From positions 5,373 through 69,372 of the forward strand of contig CAJTMA010000007.1 in the NCBI GenBank assembly GCA_910577205.1: DNA of 64,000 bases. The letters run 5' to 3'. Of this stretch, positions 49,258-59,417 are shown one piece after another. Position numbers and translations under genes: made by a program. A model generated the notes under the pieces. That model was not told the DNA's origin. It was given only the letters and a program-made list of their open reading frames with translations, and ran no database searches. This stretch comes from an uncultured Alphaproteobacteria bacterium (GTDB taxonomy: Bacteria > Pseudomonadota > Alphaproteobacteria > RF32 > CAG-239). The stretch's first letter is position 1. Every line of letters begins with the position of its first letter.

Positions 49258-51450
49258 ATGGTAATGCTCTCAGGATTACAGACCGCCCTCAGCGGCATGA
49301 AAGTTGCCCAAAACCAGATGGATATCATCGGGCGCAATCTGGCTAATATTGATACTGTCGGCTATACGCGCAAGACTGCACTGCAAAGCAATGTTGTTTT
49401 GGGCGGACAAAGTGCCGGCGTGCAAATCGGCGATATTACCCGCACGGTCAATGAAGGGCTGCTTAAAAGCTATCTGGCCTCCAACAGCACAACCGGCAAT
49501 CTTAATGCCAAGCAGCAATACCTCGGTAAAACCGAAACATTGCTGGGCACGCCGCAGGGGAACAACTCCATTGCCGCTAACGTCGGCAATCTGCAATCGG
49601 CATTTGAATCTTTCGCTTCAGATGTTACTTCGGCAACCAGCCGTTATAATTTGCTAAATAATGCGGATACCGTTGCTTCCCGTTTGAATTCGCTGACAAC
49701 GGAAATTCAGAAATTGCGCGGCGATGCTGACCTCAATATCAGCGAGGCTTGCGATCAGGTTAATGACTATCTTGATAAATTACAGGCTCTTAACGACCAG
49801 ATTGTCAAATATAAGGTTTTGGGCTACGAAGGCGTTGCCGATTTGGAAGATCAGCGCGACCAGGCATTGCGCGAATTGAGCGGACTTATGGACATCTCCT
49901 ATTTTAAGCGGGAAACCGGTGAAATCGTTATTCAGACGACTAACGGTGTCACACTGCTTGACCGTTATCCGCATCATTTGTCACATAATGCCGTGGCACA
50001 AGCCAGCCCGACAACGTCTTATGCCGGCGGCGGCATTGGCGGCATTTATGTTGACGGCGAAGATATTACTTCTCAAATTCGTGATGGCGAAATCAAAGGC
50101 TTGATTGATATTCGCGACAACCAGCTTACGTCGTTGCAGAGCCAATTAAATGAATTGGCCTCAACCTTAAAGGAAAGCATCAACCAAATTCATAACCGTG
50201 GGACGTCTTTCCCCAATGCACCGTCAGAAATGACCGGGACAAGACGGTTTATTGATCCGGCAAACCAAAATATTCAGATTTCTAACGGCGATGTACGCTT
50301 TACAATTTTTGACTCTGAAGGCAAACAGGTTGCGACAACCACCCTGCTCGGCGGATTAGGTTTTCCTGATGCCGGCGGCAGCGTCACCGACATGGTCAGC
50401 CGTATTAACGACTGGCTGACTTCTGCTGATGGAGCTAATCTGCCGCAAGCTTATGCCGAAATCAACAAAGACGGACAGGTTGTTATTAATACTGGGGACA
50501 GTAATTATTCTTTCTCCATTCGCGATGAGGCTTCTTCAACGCCGGGCAGCGCCCAGCAGGATGTTTCCATCAAGTTTGATGTTAACGGCGATGGCGCATT
50601 TGACCGTTCATTTGAGGGATTTTCTTATTTCTTTGGAATGAATGACTTTTTCACAAACACCACAAATGAGCATATTTATGATTCCAAGGTGATGAGCAAA
50701 AACGCCAATTTGGGTGTAAGGGAAAAAATTACCCTGAACTTTGCTACCGGCAACAATCCGGCTCTGGGTTCTATTACCATTAACACCAATGACAGCCTGC
50801 AGGATATTGTTAACAAAATTAACAGCGATGAGGCTCTTAATGCCCAAATTAAAGCTTCGCTCGTGCCTAACGGCAACGGTTATGTGTTGCAGATTAATAA
50901 TACCTCGGGCGAACAGCTGGAAATCAGCGAAGCCGTTAACCCGGCCAGCGGCACGACCAGCGGCTTTTTGGAGCGTATCGGGCTGCACCCGTCTAATGCT
51001 GACAGTGCCGGTTCTTTGAAAGTTCGCGATGATTTGATGAGCAATCCTTCCGGGATTGCGTCAGGTACGCCTGAGTTTAATCCCAATTCCGGCGTATATC
51101 AGCTTAATCCGGCAGCCAATGACATCGCCAATGCCATGGCTAAAGTATTCAGCGAATCTCAAGATTTCGGACAAGCAGGGACTATTGCCAAAACCAGCAC
51201 CACTCTGGCAAATTATGCGGCAACCTTTGTCGGCGCTATCGCGACAGAAGCCAACAGCGCAGAAGCTAATCTGGGATATCAGCAAGAACTGACAAACTCG
51301 ATTTCGCTAAAAGAAGCTAAATTAAGCGGTGTCGACCGTGATGAAGAATTAGCGCAGCTGATTGTCTTTCAACAGAGCTATGCGGCCTGCGCCCAAACTT
51401 TTACAGCGTCCAAAGAAATGCTGGATATGCTGTTGAATATGGTTAACTAG
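49258..51450 (+). CDS. flgK: flagellar hook-associated protein 1 FlgK
   Basis: 730 aa. N-terminal LSGLQTALSGM...NIANIDTVGYTR and a C-terminal flagellar basal-body-rod domain (FQQSYAACAQTF). Confidence 0.85.
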   Translation: MVMLSGLQTALSGMKVAQNQMDIIGRNLANIDTVGYTRKTALQSNVVLGGQSAGVQIGDITRTVNEGLLKSYLASNSTTGNLNAKQQYLGKTETLLGTPQGNNSIAANVGNLQSAFESFASDVTSATSRYNLLNNADTVASRLNSLTTEIQKLRGDADLNISEACDQVNDYLDKLQALNDQIVKYKVLGYEGVADLEDQRDQALRELSGLMDISYFKRETGEIVIQTTNGVTLLDRYPHHLSHNAVAQASPTTSYAGGGIGGIYVDGEDITSQIRDGEIKGLIDIRDNQLTSLQSQLNELASTLKESINQIHNRGTSFPNAPSEMTGTRRFIDPANQNIQISNGDVRFTIFDSEGKQVATTTLLGGLGFPDAGGSVTDMVSRINDWLTSADGANLPQAYAEINKDGQVVINTGDSNYSFSIRDEASSTPGSAQQDVSIKFDVNGDGAFDRSFEGFSYFFGMNDFFTNTTNEHIYDSKVMSKNANLGVREKITLNFATGNNPALGSITINTNDSLQDIVNKINSDEALNAQIKASLVPNGNGYVLQINNTSGEQLEISEAVNPASGTTSGFLERIGLHPSNADSAGSLKVRDDLMSNPSGIASGTPEFNPNSGVYQLNPAANDIANAMAKVFSESQDFGQAGTIAKTSTTLANYAATFVGAIATEANSAEANLGYQQELTNSISLKEAKLSGVDRDEELAQLIVFQQSYAACAQTFTASKEMLDMLLNMVN

Positions 51451-51462
51451 GAGGACTGAATT

Positions 51463-53367
51463 ATGCGTGTACCTACTTATGCAACTTATATGAATATGGC
51501 CAATGCAACGATTAAGAATAAAAACATGGTCGATTTATACAGTTTTCAGTCCATCACCGGCCTGAAATCAATGAACTATTCCGGTTACGGCATGAGCGCA
51601 TCCAGTATCGTTTCGCTGGAAGCTTCGCTGGGCGTAACCAATACTTTTATGGAAAACAACAAAATTACCAATGTTGAAATCAAAACCATGAATACATCTA
51701 TGGATGCTATTCAAAAAGCGATTAATGATTTCAAAAGCACATTAACCAATGCCAGCGGTATGGATTTGGACAAGATTACACCGGATTATACCGGCGGAGA
51801 AATCTCTTTTACCAATAATAATACGGCTGATTATCTCGGCAAAACCATTACCGTCAACGGCACTCAATATACATTTGCCAACGACGGAACAGGCAACAAT
51901 ATCGACATCAGCGGCGCAGCTAATGCCCAAGATGTTATGGCTGCTCTGAAAAATAAACTGCCGGCCAATGTTGACTTCAAGTTTGAAGACAACAAGTTCT
52001 CTTTTCCGCTGTATACGATTGATGGTACTTCCAGCGTATTAAATGTGGACGGTGTCAAAACCGGCGAACCGCATACCATGAGCGGCGACCAATACCGCGA
52101 AATGCAGCAACTGCAAGCGCAGGCATTTTCTGCGCTCAAAATGCTGGTGGACAGCCTAAATACCTTTGCCAACGGCAAATATCTGTTTGGCGGCGGCGTT
52201 TCCAATGAACCACCGGTGAACTTCCCGTTTAAAACGCTTGATGAATTTCAGGCTTATTATGACGGCATGAACATCAAATATCCGTCTAATGCCAGCGCAG
52301 ATTTATCTAACTTTTCGATTAACGCGGAAAACACCGGAGATATATCCCTGAAATTAAACGGTTCAAACACCAATCAGGGAACGATTACCGCAGCTAAGGA
52401 CGGCGGCTTTTTGAAACCGGCAATTACAGCCAATGCAAAAACAACCGGCAAAGTGACATTTAACAGTGACAAAAACACTGTTAACGCGACAGAATATGGC
52501 GCTTTTAACACCTTCAGCCCCGGAGATACCGTGGTAATGGGCGGCGATGCGGCGGGAGCCAATGCCAAAGCCTATATTGTCAAATCAGTTTCTGCTGACG
52601 GTAAAACCGTGACCTTTGAGGAATCAACTCCGGTGATGACAGATGATGTGATTACGCCGGATAATGATGTGACTTTCAGCAAATCTTTCCCTGTCGGATC
52701 TGTAATTAACATGAACGGCTTCGGCAATAGCAATTTGGCAGGACAAGTTCAGGTTACAGGTATCAGCGATGACGGTACAGAACTATACGTCACGGTTGAT
52801 CCGGCTCGTTTCCCCGATATGACTATTCCGGCTTCCAGCTCTTGGAGCTTGTCAAATGAATCTTATTATCATGGCGGCGATTTGAGCTCAGAAAAACGGA
52901 TTTCCGAAAACCAGTCATTGACCTTTGATGTCAACGCCAATGACCCGGCATTTGAAAAGCTGTTCCGGGCATTAGGCTCTATTGCGCAGGGAAATCTGGT
53001 AGATACCCGCAATCCGGCAGACGAAATGATTGGCACTATCAACCAAGAAAGCGCCTTGGACAGGATTAACGAGGCTCTGGACCTGGTCAGCGATGCCTTG
53101 TTTAATGCCGGGCAAAATTCGACAGTTAAAAATGCAGATATTTATACGGTGTCGGCGAAGATTAATGCCAACTATGTGGTTCTGAACCAGACGACAGAGA
53201 ATCAGACAAATATTGCAGCCAATCTTCAGAATAACATTACCTCTCTGAAAAATGTCGATAAAACCGAAGCAGGCGTTAAGCTGCTGCTGGCCTCGCAAAA
53301 TCTGGAAGCCTCTTATGCGGTTTTGCAACAGGCCATGAGTTTAAGTCTGCTGAATTATTTGAAATAG
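51463..53367 (+). CDS. flgL: flagellar hook-associated protein 3 FlgL (unusually long, 634 aa)
   Basis: Flagellin-like N- and C-terminal helices (LLASQNLEASYAVLQQAMSLSLLNYL) with a large central insert. Position follows flgK. Confidence 0.7.
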   Translation: MRVPTYATYMNMANATIKNKNMVDLYSFQSITGLKSMNYSGYGMSASSIVSLEASLGVTNTFMENNKITNVEIKTMNTSMDAIQKAINDFKSTLTNASGMDLDKITPDYTGGEISFTNNNTADYLGKTITVNGTQYTFANDGTGNNIDISGAANAQDVMAALKNKLPANVDFKFEDNKFSFPLYTIDGTSSVLNVDGVKTGEPHTMSGDQYREMQQLQAQAFSALKMLVDSLNTFANGKYLFGGGVSNEPPVNFPFKTLDEFQAYYDGMNIKYPSNASADLSNFSINAENTGDISLKLNGSNTNQGTITAAKDGGFLKPAITANAKTTGKVTFNSDKNTVNATEYGAFNTFSPGDTVVMGGDAAGANAKAYIVKSVSADGKTVTFEESTPVMTDDVITPDNDVTFSKSFPVGSVINMNGFGNSNLAGQVQVTGISDDGTELYVTVDPARFPDMTIPASSSWSLSNESYYHGGDLSSEKRISENQSLTFDVNANDPAFEKLFRALGSIAQGNLVDTRNPADEMIGTINQESALDRINEALDLVSDALFNAGQNSTVKNADIYTVSAKINANYVVLNQTTENQTNIAANLQNNITSLKNVDKTEAGVKLLLASQNLEASYAVLQQAMSLSLLNYLK

Positions 53368-53369
53368 CC

Positions 53370-53399
53370 AAAGCCCGGGAAATTCCCGGGCTTTTTTTT
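53370..53399. terminator. bidirectional terminator (aaagcccgggaaattcccgggcttttttt) between convergent flgL and Cys-rich paralog B
   Basis: Perfect palindrome. Same core as the terminators at 17167 and 63885. Confidence 0.6.
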
Positions 53400-53405
53400 C
53401 GACAG

Positions 53406-54956
53406 CTAGTATTTTATCATTGGAAGGACATGACTTGAGTACATACTTTTAAACAGTTCAGATGTTTCTCCCATTTTCATATTGAAATTACAATAATAAT
53501 TATATTTGCTATTGTTGTGATTAGAGGACATATAGCCGTTCATATAGTCATCAAAAACAATATCTTGGGCTTCTGGTATTAACTTTAAGGTGTTTTTGGT
53601 TGTTTCCTTATTGTTGTAGAATATTTGCAATTCATGGAGGCTTGGCACAAACCAATTTCCTTTGCTGCACCAACTGCCGGAGGAGCATCCCTTTGCCGGC
53701 TGATAATTGTTGGCAAATTCGGCGGCATTAAAGGTTAAACCACTTGTTTTTCCATAAGCCAGTATTTTTGCTGTATTGTCTTTGCCGCTGGAGGCAACGC
53801 AAGAAACGCTGCATTCGGGGCAATCTTCTAAGCCCGGAATATCCTTATAATCGCCCCATACTCGGCGCGCACTTCCACATAAATATAAACAATGTTTTAT
53901 AGCTCTTTCTTCTGTAACACCTTTCTTATTTTGCTCATAGCAATTGTCAAATGTTGTTTGGTCATATGAGTAATAATTAATCGCAGCGGCAATTCTAAGG
54001 TTTGCATCAACCACAACCCCGATGGCAATTTTATTGGGCAGATATTGGCTGGATGTTGTGCGGTCGGAATAAAGGATTAAGCCCGGTTTGATACATTTGT
54101 CATACTTCCCGCCACAGGAATTACCTGCCAGCTGATTGCCTCCGGTGCAGTTTGAAGAATCATACTTATACTTCGACGTGTCGCAGCACTCCTTGCAGGT
54201 GTCAAACTTTTTGACCGTGCCGCTCCAACAGGTCTTAGCGCCGGTCGCCCCGCCGCAGTCGCAAGTCTTGAAGCCATCGCAAGGCGCTTCGCTGCGTTTG
54301 TATTTCATTGTGCCGCAGGAGTTACAGACTTCACCCGGGACATACCCCTGCGCCGAAGCTTGTGCTGAGGTATAGGCAAACCCCGCGCAGGGATTACACA
54401 CGCAGGTCTTGTATTTACTGTCATAAGGGCAAGCTCTGTCCCCGATTTTACCGACCTCACAACTGGAGGCATATCCGGCATCTTGACAAGCCCGGGCATT
54501 ATCGGTTTCACAGGATTTATATAAGGTTGAGCTGTGCGGACATTTGCCGGACAGGTATTTAGGCAAAGTACAGGAAGTTACGTTATATCCATTGCCGCGA
54601 CACCAGGTGTTCGGGTCAATACATTCTTTAACAAAGGAGCTATCCTCGGTACAGGCTTCACCGGGAATATATCCGGCAGGGCAGCCTTTATGCAGATAGC
54701 CTCGTGATTTGCACAAGTCACCGGGATTAAACTCTTGTCCGCCGGGATTGCCGCCGCCAAATTTTAATCCGCCGTCATTAGTGATAAAATGCACTGCCGC
54801 TAATTTAAGAAATTGTGCAGGCTTCGATTCAAAGGCTTGGTTTTGGCTTGTGTCTACGAGGGAGGCATATGCCGAAGATAAGGAAGCGAAAGCAGCCTGC
54901 GGCAGAACTAAGGAGAATGCCGAAGACCATAACAAAGATTTGCTGATTATTTTCAT
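53406..54956 (-). CDS. secreted Cys-rich protein, paralog B: signal peptide, Cys-rich module, divergent DUF1566/Lcl-C-like C-terminus
   Basis: Start placed at MKIISKSLL (54956). The first 309 ORF residues are nearly identical to paralog A. C-terminal GNWFVPSLHELQIFY matches the DUF1566 W-x-LP-(S/T)-x-x-EL motif. Confidence 0.7.
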   Translation of the reverse strand: MKIISKSLLWSSAFSLVLPQAAFASLSSAYASLVDTSQNQAFESKPAQFLKLAAVHFITNDGGLKFGGGNPGGQEFNPGDLCKSRGYLHKGCPAGYIPGEACTEDSSFVKECIDPNTWCRGNGYNVTSCTLPKYLSGKCPHSSTLYKSCETDNARACQDAGYASSCEVGKIGDRACPYDSKYKTCVCNPCAGFAYTSAQASAQGYVPGEVCNSCGTMKYKRSEAPCDGFKTCDCGGATGAKTCWSGTVKKFDTCKECCDTSKYKYDSSNCTGGNQLAGNSCGGKYDKCIKPGLILYSDRTTSSQYLPNKIAIGVVVDANLRIAAAINYYSYDQTTFDNCYEQNKKGVTEERAIKHCLYLCGSARRVWGDYKDIPGLEDCPECSVSCVASSGKDNTAKILAYGKTSGLTFNAAEFANNYQPAKGCSSGSWCSKGNWFVPSLHELQIFYNNKETTKNTLKLIPEAQDIVFDDYMNGYMSSNHNNSKYNYYCNFNMKMGETSELFKSMYSSHVLPMIKY

Positions 54957-55085
54957 AATACACCTCACAAATATAACTGAATCAAAGCCTGAATGTAGAA
55001 TAGCACACTGAAAGCAATCTGTCAATCATTAATGAGGGGCGATTTTTTATTGGTCTAAAGAGGATAGATAATTAGGTGATAAAAT
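54099..55085. repeat. right arm of the about 0.98 kb inverted repeat
   Basis: Reverse complement of 15556-16538 (promoter plus 5' coding region). Confidence 0.85.
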
Positions 55086-55112
55086 TACACGGCAGATTGT
55101 GCTTCTGCCGTG
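55080..55112 (-). terminator. intrinsic terminator downstream of malQ
   Basis: acacggcaga-ttgtgcttc-tgccgtgt hairpin followed on the minus strand by a ttttat run. It abuts the repeat arm. Confidence 0.5.
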
Positions 55113-55146
55113 TAAATATATTTATCAGAATTGCAAAGCGCCGTTT

Positions 55147-57339
55147 TTACCTTTCGCGGCGGATAGCGTTAATATTGCGGATATAGGCAATATCACTTTC
55201 CAGACGTTCCAGGCTGACCGGCAATTTACGCCGCCAGTTGGGATGCTTGTCCCTATCTGTTCCCGGCAGGTTTTGCAGCTTTTCAACGTGCAGGATATCT
55301 TCCAATTGCGCCAGAAAAACTTTGGACGCCGTGCGGGCGGCAAAGCGGTGAACCGCCTCTTCTATTCCCTCAGGATAAGCCTGCCCGTAGATATAATTAT
55401 CTTTGCGCAAGTTGTCTTCCGGCCAACAACCGTTATTATCCAAGGCAGATAAAAGTTTCCAGCGGTCAAGTTCCCGTTTATGGTAAGCGCCGTTTTTGTC
55501 GTCCTCACTCATTAAACCGAGCGAAGCCATGACCTCAATATCATAGCCGAACCACCACATCCGCAGCGGAGCCATGTCATGTGTTCCGACTGACGTAAAT
55601 GCCGCAACAGGATATTCTGACGGAGAATTAAAATCGCCCCAGCCCGCGTCTTTGCGTTCCGCCCAGAGCACGCTCAAAGCAAAGATGTTTTTCTCGGCTA
55701 ACGTTTCCAGAAAACCTTCCGGCACATTACCGATACTTTCGCCGACAATCTGGCACTGATTGCGATAACTTTCGATAGCCACGATGTTAAGCATATCCTT
55801 AAAGTTATACATCATGTAAGTTCCCTCTTCGCCATTATCGGGAATCACATAAAGCCGCATTAAGCCCATTACATGGTCGATACGCAACGCGCCGGCAGAA
55901 CGCATATTGGCACGGAGAATTTTAATAAACGGTTCATAGCAGCGTTCTTTTAACACGTAAGGATTAAACGCGCCAAGACACCATTTTTGCCCTGCCGGGA
56001 AGAATGCGTCAGGCGGCGCACCGGCTCCGACATCTTTGATAAATAAATCATAGTCAGACCAGAGTTCGGCACTGTCTTTGCCGACGCCTACTGCCAAGTC
56101 ACGATAAAGACCGACTTTTAATCCATATTCTTTAACCTTATTGCTGGCTAAATTAAATTGCCTGTCGGCTTCAAACTGCAAATATTTGAAAAAGCGGATA
56201 CGGTCGGCATATTCTTCGGCAAATTTGCGTACGGCCGGAGAATACGGATTTTGAAATTCATCTTCCCATGCGCGCCAACCGCCCCAAATATAGGTGCTTT
56301 TAATGTCATATAAGGTCTGGAACAGCGCCAGTTTGTGCAAGTCTTCGCCCTCGGCCTCGACATAAGCGCGGAAAGCCTGCTGGCGTTCGCTGTGCAAATC
56401 AGCCATAAAACGTCCGTAAAGTTTTTCCAGAACGGCAATTTTCAGTGGATAAACTTCACCGTACTGAATCAACTCACTATTACGCAATTCAGTGATTTTA
56501 TCGTTGATGTCATTTTTATCTTCCGGTTTAAATTCCGGCACAGCTTCAATATCAATGTAAATCGGATTCAGGTACAAGCGGCTGATAGAGCAATAAGGGC
56601 TGGCTTCTTCCGGGTAAGTATGCACCAAAACGTTTAGCGGGTTCAGGCCGATGATATCTGCGCCGCTGTGTGAACAGACTTTGATGAAATCTGCCAAATC
56701 CGTAAAGTCGCCGACACCCCAGTTGCGTTCGCTGCGCAGAGAATAAAGCTGCAACGCATAACCCCAGATTTTGCCATCTTTCAGGGCTTGGTTTTCATAA
56801 CAGCACCGGGGCGCTACCGCCAAAGTACTCTTGTAACTTTTATCGCCGACTTTAAATGTCAGGTTATAATAGCCGACAGGCAAATCGCCAGTCACCGCCA
56901 CCAAAAGCTTTACATAAACCGTTTTGCCGATGGTATAAGTTTCATCCGTCGGATGAACATCAAAAGTCACATCAGAGCGAATGCCCGTATCTTTATTTTC
57001 AATTTGCAAAGCAAAAAAACTTTGTGCCTGATCGGCAGGAATGACTGCGTCAAAATGCAGTTTTCCCTGTTCGACAACATAAATATTTTCCAAAGTTTGC
57101 TGCCAGCGGCGCTTGTCAAAATCAGCCAAGGATTTTTCGACTTCTCCACGATTGCCTGCCTTATATCCCAAACGTTCGGCAATAAAGCGGATAACGCCCT
57201 CACTGATTTCATAGTCTTTCTTAGACATTCCGGCATCGCTGAATTTAGTGACGATACCAAGTTTGTCCGCCAGTTTTTGCAGCATTTCTTCCATATTTAT
57301 GCTCCTTATTTTTTGATTTCGTAGACCAGAACGCTCCAA
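55147..57339 (-). CDS. malQ: 4-alpha-glucanotransferase (amylomaltase, GH77) with N-terminal extension
   Basis: 730 aa. GH77 catalytic region (ALRIDHVMGL, ...GESIGNVPEG) and an about 200 aa N-terminal domain. Confidence 0.85.
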   Translation of the reverse strand: MERSGLRNQKIRSINMEEMLQKLADKLGIVTKFSDAGMSKKDYEISEGVIRFIAERLGYKAGNRGEVEKSLADFDKRRWQQTLENIYVVEQGKLHFDAVIPADQAQSFFALQIENKDTGIRSDVTFDVHPTDETYTIGKTVYVKLLVAVTGDLPVGYYNLTFKVGDKSYKSTLAVAPRCCYENQALKDGKIWGYALQLYSLRSERNWGVGDFTDLADFIKVCSHSGADIIGLNPLNVLVHTYPEEASPYCSISRLYLNPIYIDIEAVPEFKPEDKNDINDKITELRNSELIQYGEVYPLKIAVLEKLYGRFMADLHSERQQAFRAYVEAEGEDLHKLALFQTLYDIKSTYIWGGWRAWEDEFQNPYSPAVRKFAEEYADRIRFFKYLQFEADRQFNLASNKVKEYGLKVGLYRDLAVGVGKDSAELWSDYDLFIKDVGAGAPPDAFFPAGQKWCLGAFNPYVLKERCYEPFIKILRANMRSAGALRIDHVMGLMRLYVIPDNGEEGTYMMYNFKDMLNIVAIESYRNQCQIVGESIGNVPEGFLETLAEKNIFALSVLWAERKDAGWGDFNSPSEYPVAAFTSVGTHDMAPLRMWWFGYDIEVMASLGLMSEDDKNGAYHKRELDRWKLLSALDNNGCWPEDNLRKDNYIYGQAYPEGIEEAVHRFAARTASKVFLAQLEDILHVEKLQNLPGTDRDKHPNWRRKLPVSLERLESDIAYIRNINAIRRER

Positions 57340-59387
57340 GCCGGAACTTGAATAGTCTGTTCCGCTCCCGCTTTGGCTTCATCCTTAAATTTTGACGAAC
57401 TGTCGAGCAGCAAATTCCATGTATATTTTCCATCCATGGCCGGCAGCTTCCACGCCACGTCATTGTAATTGGCATTGAAGATTGCCATCACAAAGCGGCT
57501 GCCGGTATAAACGCAATATGACAAAGCCTTGCGGTTGCCGTCATGCCAGTCCTCAGTCGTAAATTCTGTTCCGCGCTCATTATACCAAGTGATGTCCTTG
57601 CAACTGTTTTTAACTGTTTTACCGCAGAAGAAATGACGGCGGTTAAAGATGCGCAGTTTCTTACGCAGGGCAATAACGCGGCGAATAAATTTAACCAGTT
57701 CTTTGTCTTCTTTAGAAATGCCTTCCCAAGCAATCCAAGTCAGCACATTATCCTGACAATACGGGTTATTATTACCAAACTGAGTATGGGCAAATTCGTC
57801 ACCGGCCACCATCATCGGCGTCCCGAAAGACAACAGCAAAGTGCTGGCCAGCGCTTTTAATCGCTGACGGCGGTTTTCCAGTATTATGGCGTTATCAGTT
57901 TCACCCTCTGCGCCGGAATTCCAGCTCCAGTTGCTGTCTGTACCATCCCGGTTATTTTCACCGTTGCTCAAATTATGTTTGCCGTTATAGCTGACCAAAT
58001 CCTGCAGGCTAAACCCGTCATGGGCCGTCACAAAATTAACACTGGTCCAGATATCGCGGTTTTGATAATTGAACACATCGCTAGACCCCGCCAATCTACT
58101 TGCAAGCTCCGGCGTTTGATACTGATCGCCTTTCCAAAAGCGGCGGACGGTATCACGATATTTGTCATTCCATTGCGCCCAGCCCGGCGGGAAAGCGCCG
58201 ACCTGATAACCGCCGTAACCAACATCCCACGGTTCTGCAATTAACTTGACTTGGCGGGTTTTGGGATCTTGTCCCGTGGCATACAAAAAGCCGCTGTCGA
58301 GTTTAAATTCCATATTCTGACGGCAAAGAGAAGTTGCCAAGTCAAAACGGAAACCGTCAACGTGCATTTGTTCAATCCAATAACGCAGGGAATCCATCAC
58401 CAAAGTCAGCACATTGGGGTTTTGAACATTAAATGACGCGCCGCAACCGGTGCTGTCATAGTAATAGCGTTTGTTATCAGGATTAAGCGTATAATAAGAC
58501 GCGTTGTCTATGCCGCGGTAACACAAGGTCGGGCCCATCTGGTTGCCTTCGCCGGTATGGTTATAGACAACGTCAAGAATAACCTCTATGCCCTTGGAGT
58601 GCAGAGTTTTAACCATCTGCTTAAACTCGTCAATTTCATCAGAGGCCATATAGGTTTGTTCGGGCGCAAAGAAAGTAAAGCTTTCATAGCCCCAGTAATT
58701 GTCCTTGATATACCCTTTTTTGTGACGGTTGCCAAAGAATGCGTGCACTGGAAGCAGTTCAACAGTCGTAACGCCCAGCCACTTCAGATAACTGGTGACA
58801 CTTTTATCGGCAAAGCCGGCAAAAGTTCCCCGTTTGTCGTCTGGAATCTGCGGGTGTAATTTGGTAAAACCGCGCAGCTGGGTTTCGTAAACAATGGTTT
58901 CTTCCATGCTGTAACGAGGGCGGATTTCATCATCATCCCCCCAGTCAAAAGTATTGCCGACAACAACGGATTTGGGTACATAAGGCGCGCTGTCAAGCTC
59001 GGAAAAAGACAAATCCTTATCGGGGCTGTCCCAGTCATAGCCGAAAATGGCCTTATGCCAAATCAGCTTGCCGACCAACTTGCGCCCATAGGGGTCTATC
59101 AGTAATTTATTGTGGTTAAAACGATGCCCTTCCTGCGGCTTGTATGGCCCGTAAACGCGATAGCCATAGACTTGTCCCGGCTCAACATCGGAGAGATATA
59201 TGTGCCAAATGCTGTTATCATTTTCGGTAATGGCATAACGCTCCAGTTCTTGCGAACCGGAAGCGTCAAACAGACAAAGTTCCACCTTTTCGGCATGGGC
59301 AGAGAACAAGGCAAAGTTTACGCCCTTCCCGTCATAAGTCGCACCTAACGGATAAGCTTTTCCGGAATTGGATTTGTAACGAGGCAT
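57306..59387 (-). CDS. glgX: glycogen debranching enzyme GlgX (GH13)
   Basis: 693 aa. N-terminal CBM48-like LGATYDGKGVNFALFS and GH13 catalytic motifs (VDGFRFDLA, EPWD). Confidence 0.85.
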   Translation of the reverse strand: MPRYKSNSGKAYPLGATYDGKGVNFALFSAHAEKVELCLFDASGSQELERYAITENDNSIWHIYLSDVEPGQVYGYRVYGPYKPQEGHRFNHNKLLIDPYGRKLVGKLIWHKAIFGYDWDSPDKDLSFSELDSAPYVPKSVVVGNTFDWGDDDEIRPRYSMEETIVYETQLRGFTKLHPQIPDDKRGTFAGFADKSVTSYLKWLGVTTVELLPVHAFFGNRHKKGYIKDNYWGYESFTFFAPEQTYMASDEIDEFKQMVKTLHSKGIEVILDVVYNHTGEGNQMGPTLCYRGIDNASYYTLNPDNKRYYYDSTGCGASFNVQNPNVLTLVMDSLRYWIEQMHVDGFRFDLATSLCRQNMEFKLDSGFLYATGQDPKTRQVKLIAEPWDVGYGGYQVGAFPPGWAQWNDKYRDTVRRFWKGDQYQTPELASRLAGSSDVFNYQNRDIWTSVNFVTAHDGFSLQDLVSYNGKHNLSNGENNRDGTDSNWSWNSGAEGETDNAIILENRRQRLKALASTLLLSFGTPMMVAGDEFAHTQFGNNNPYCQDNVLTWIAWEGISKEDKELVKFIRRVIALRKKLRIFNRRHFFCGKTVKNSCKDITWYNERGTEFTTEDWHDGNRKALSYCVYTGSRFVMAIFNANYNDVAWKLPAMDGKYTWNLLLDSSSKFKDEAKAGAEQTIQVPAWSVLVYEIKK

Positions 59388-59417
59388 TGTTCTCTCCTTT
59401 TAATCTGCCGAAAGGGA

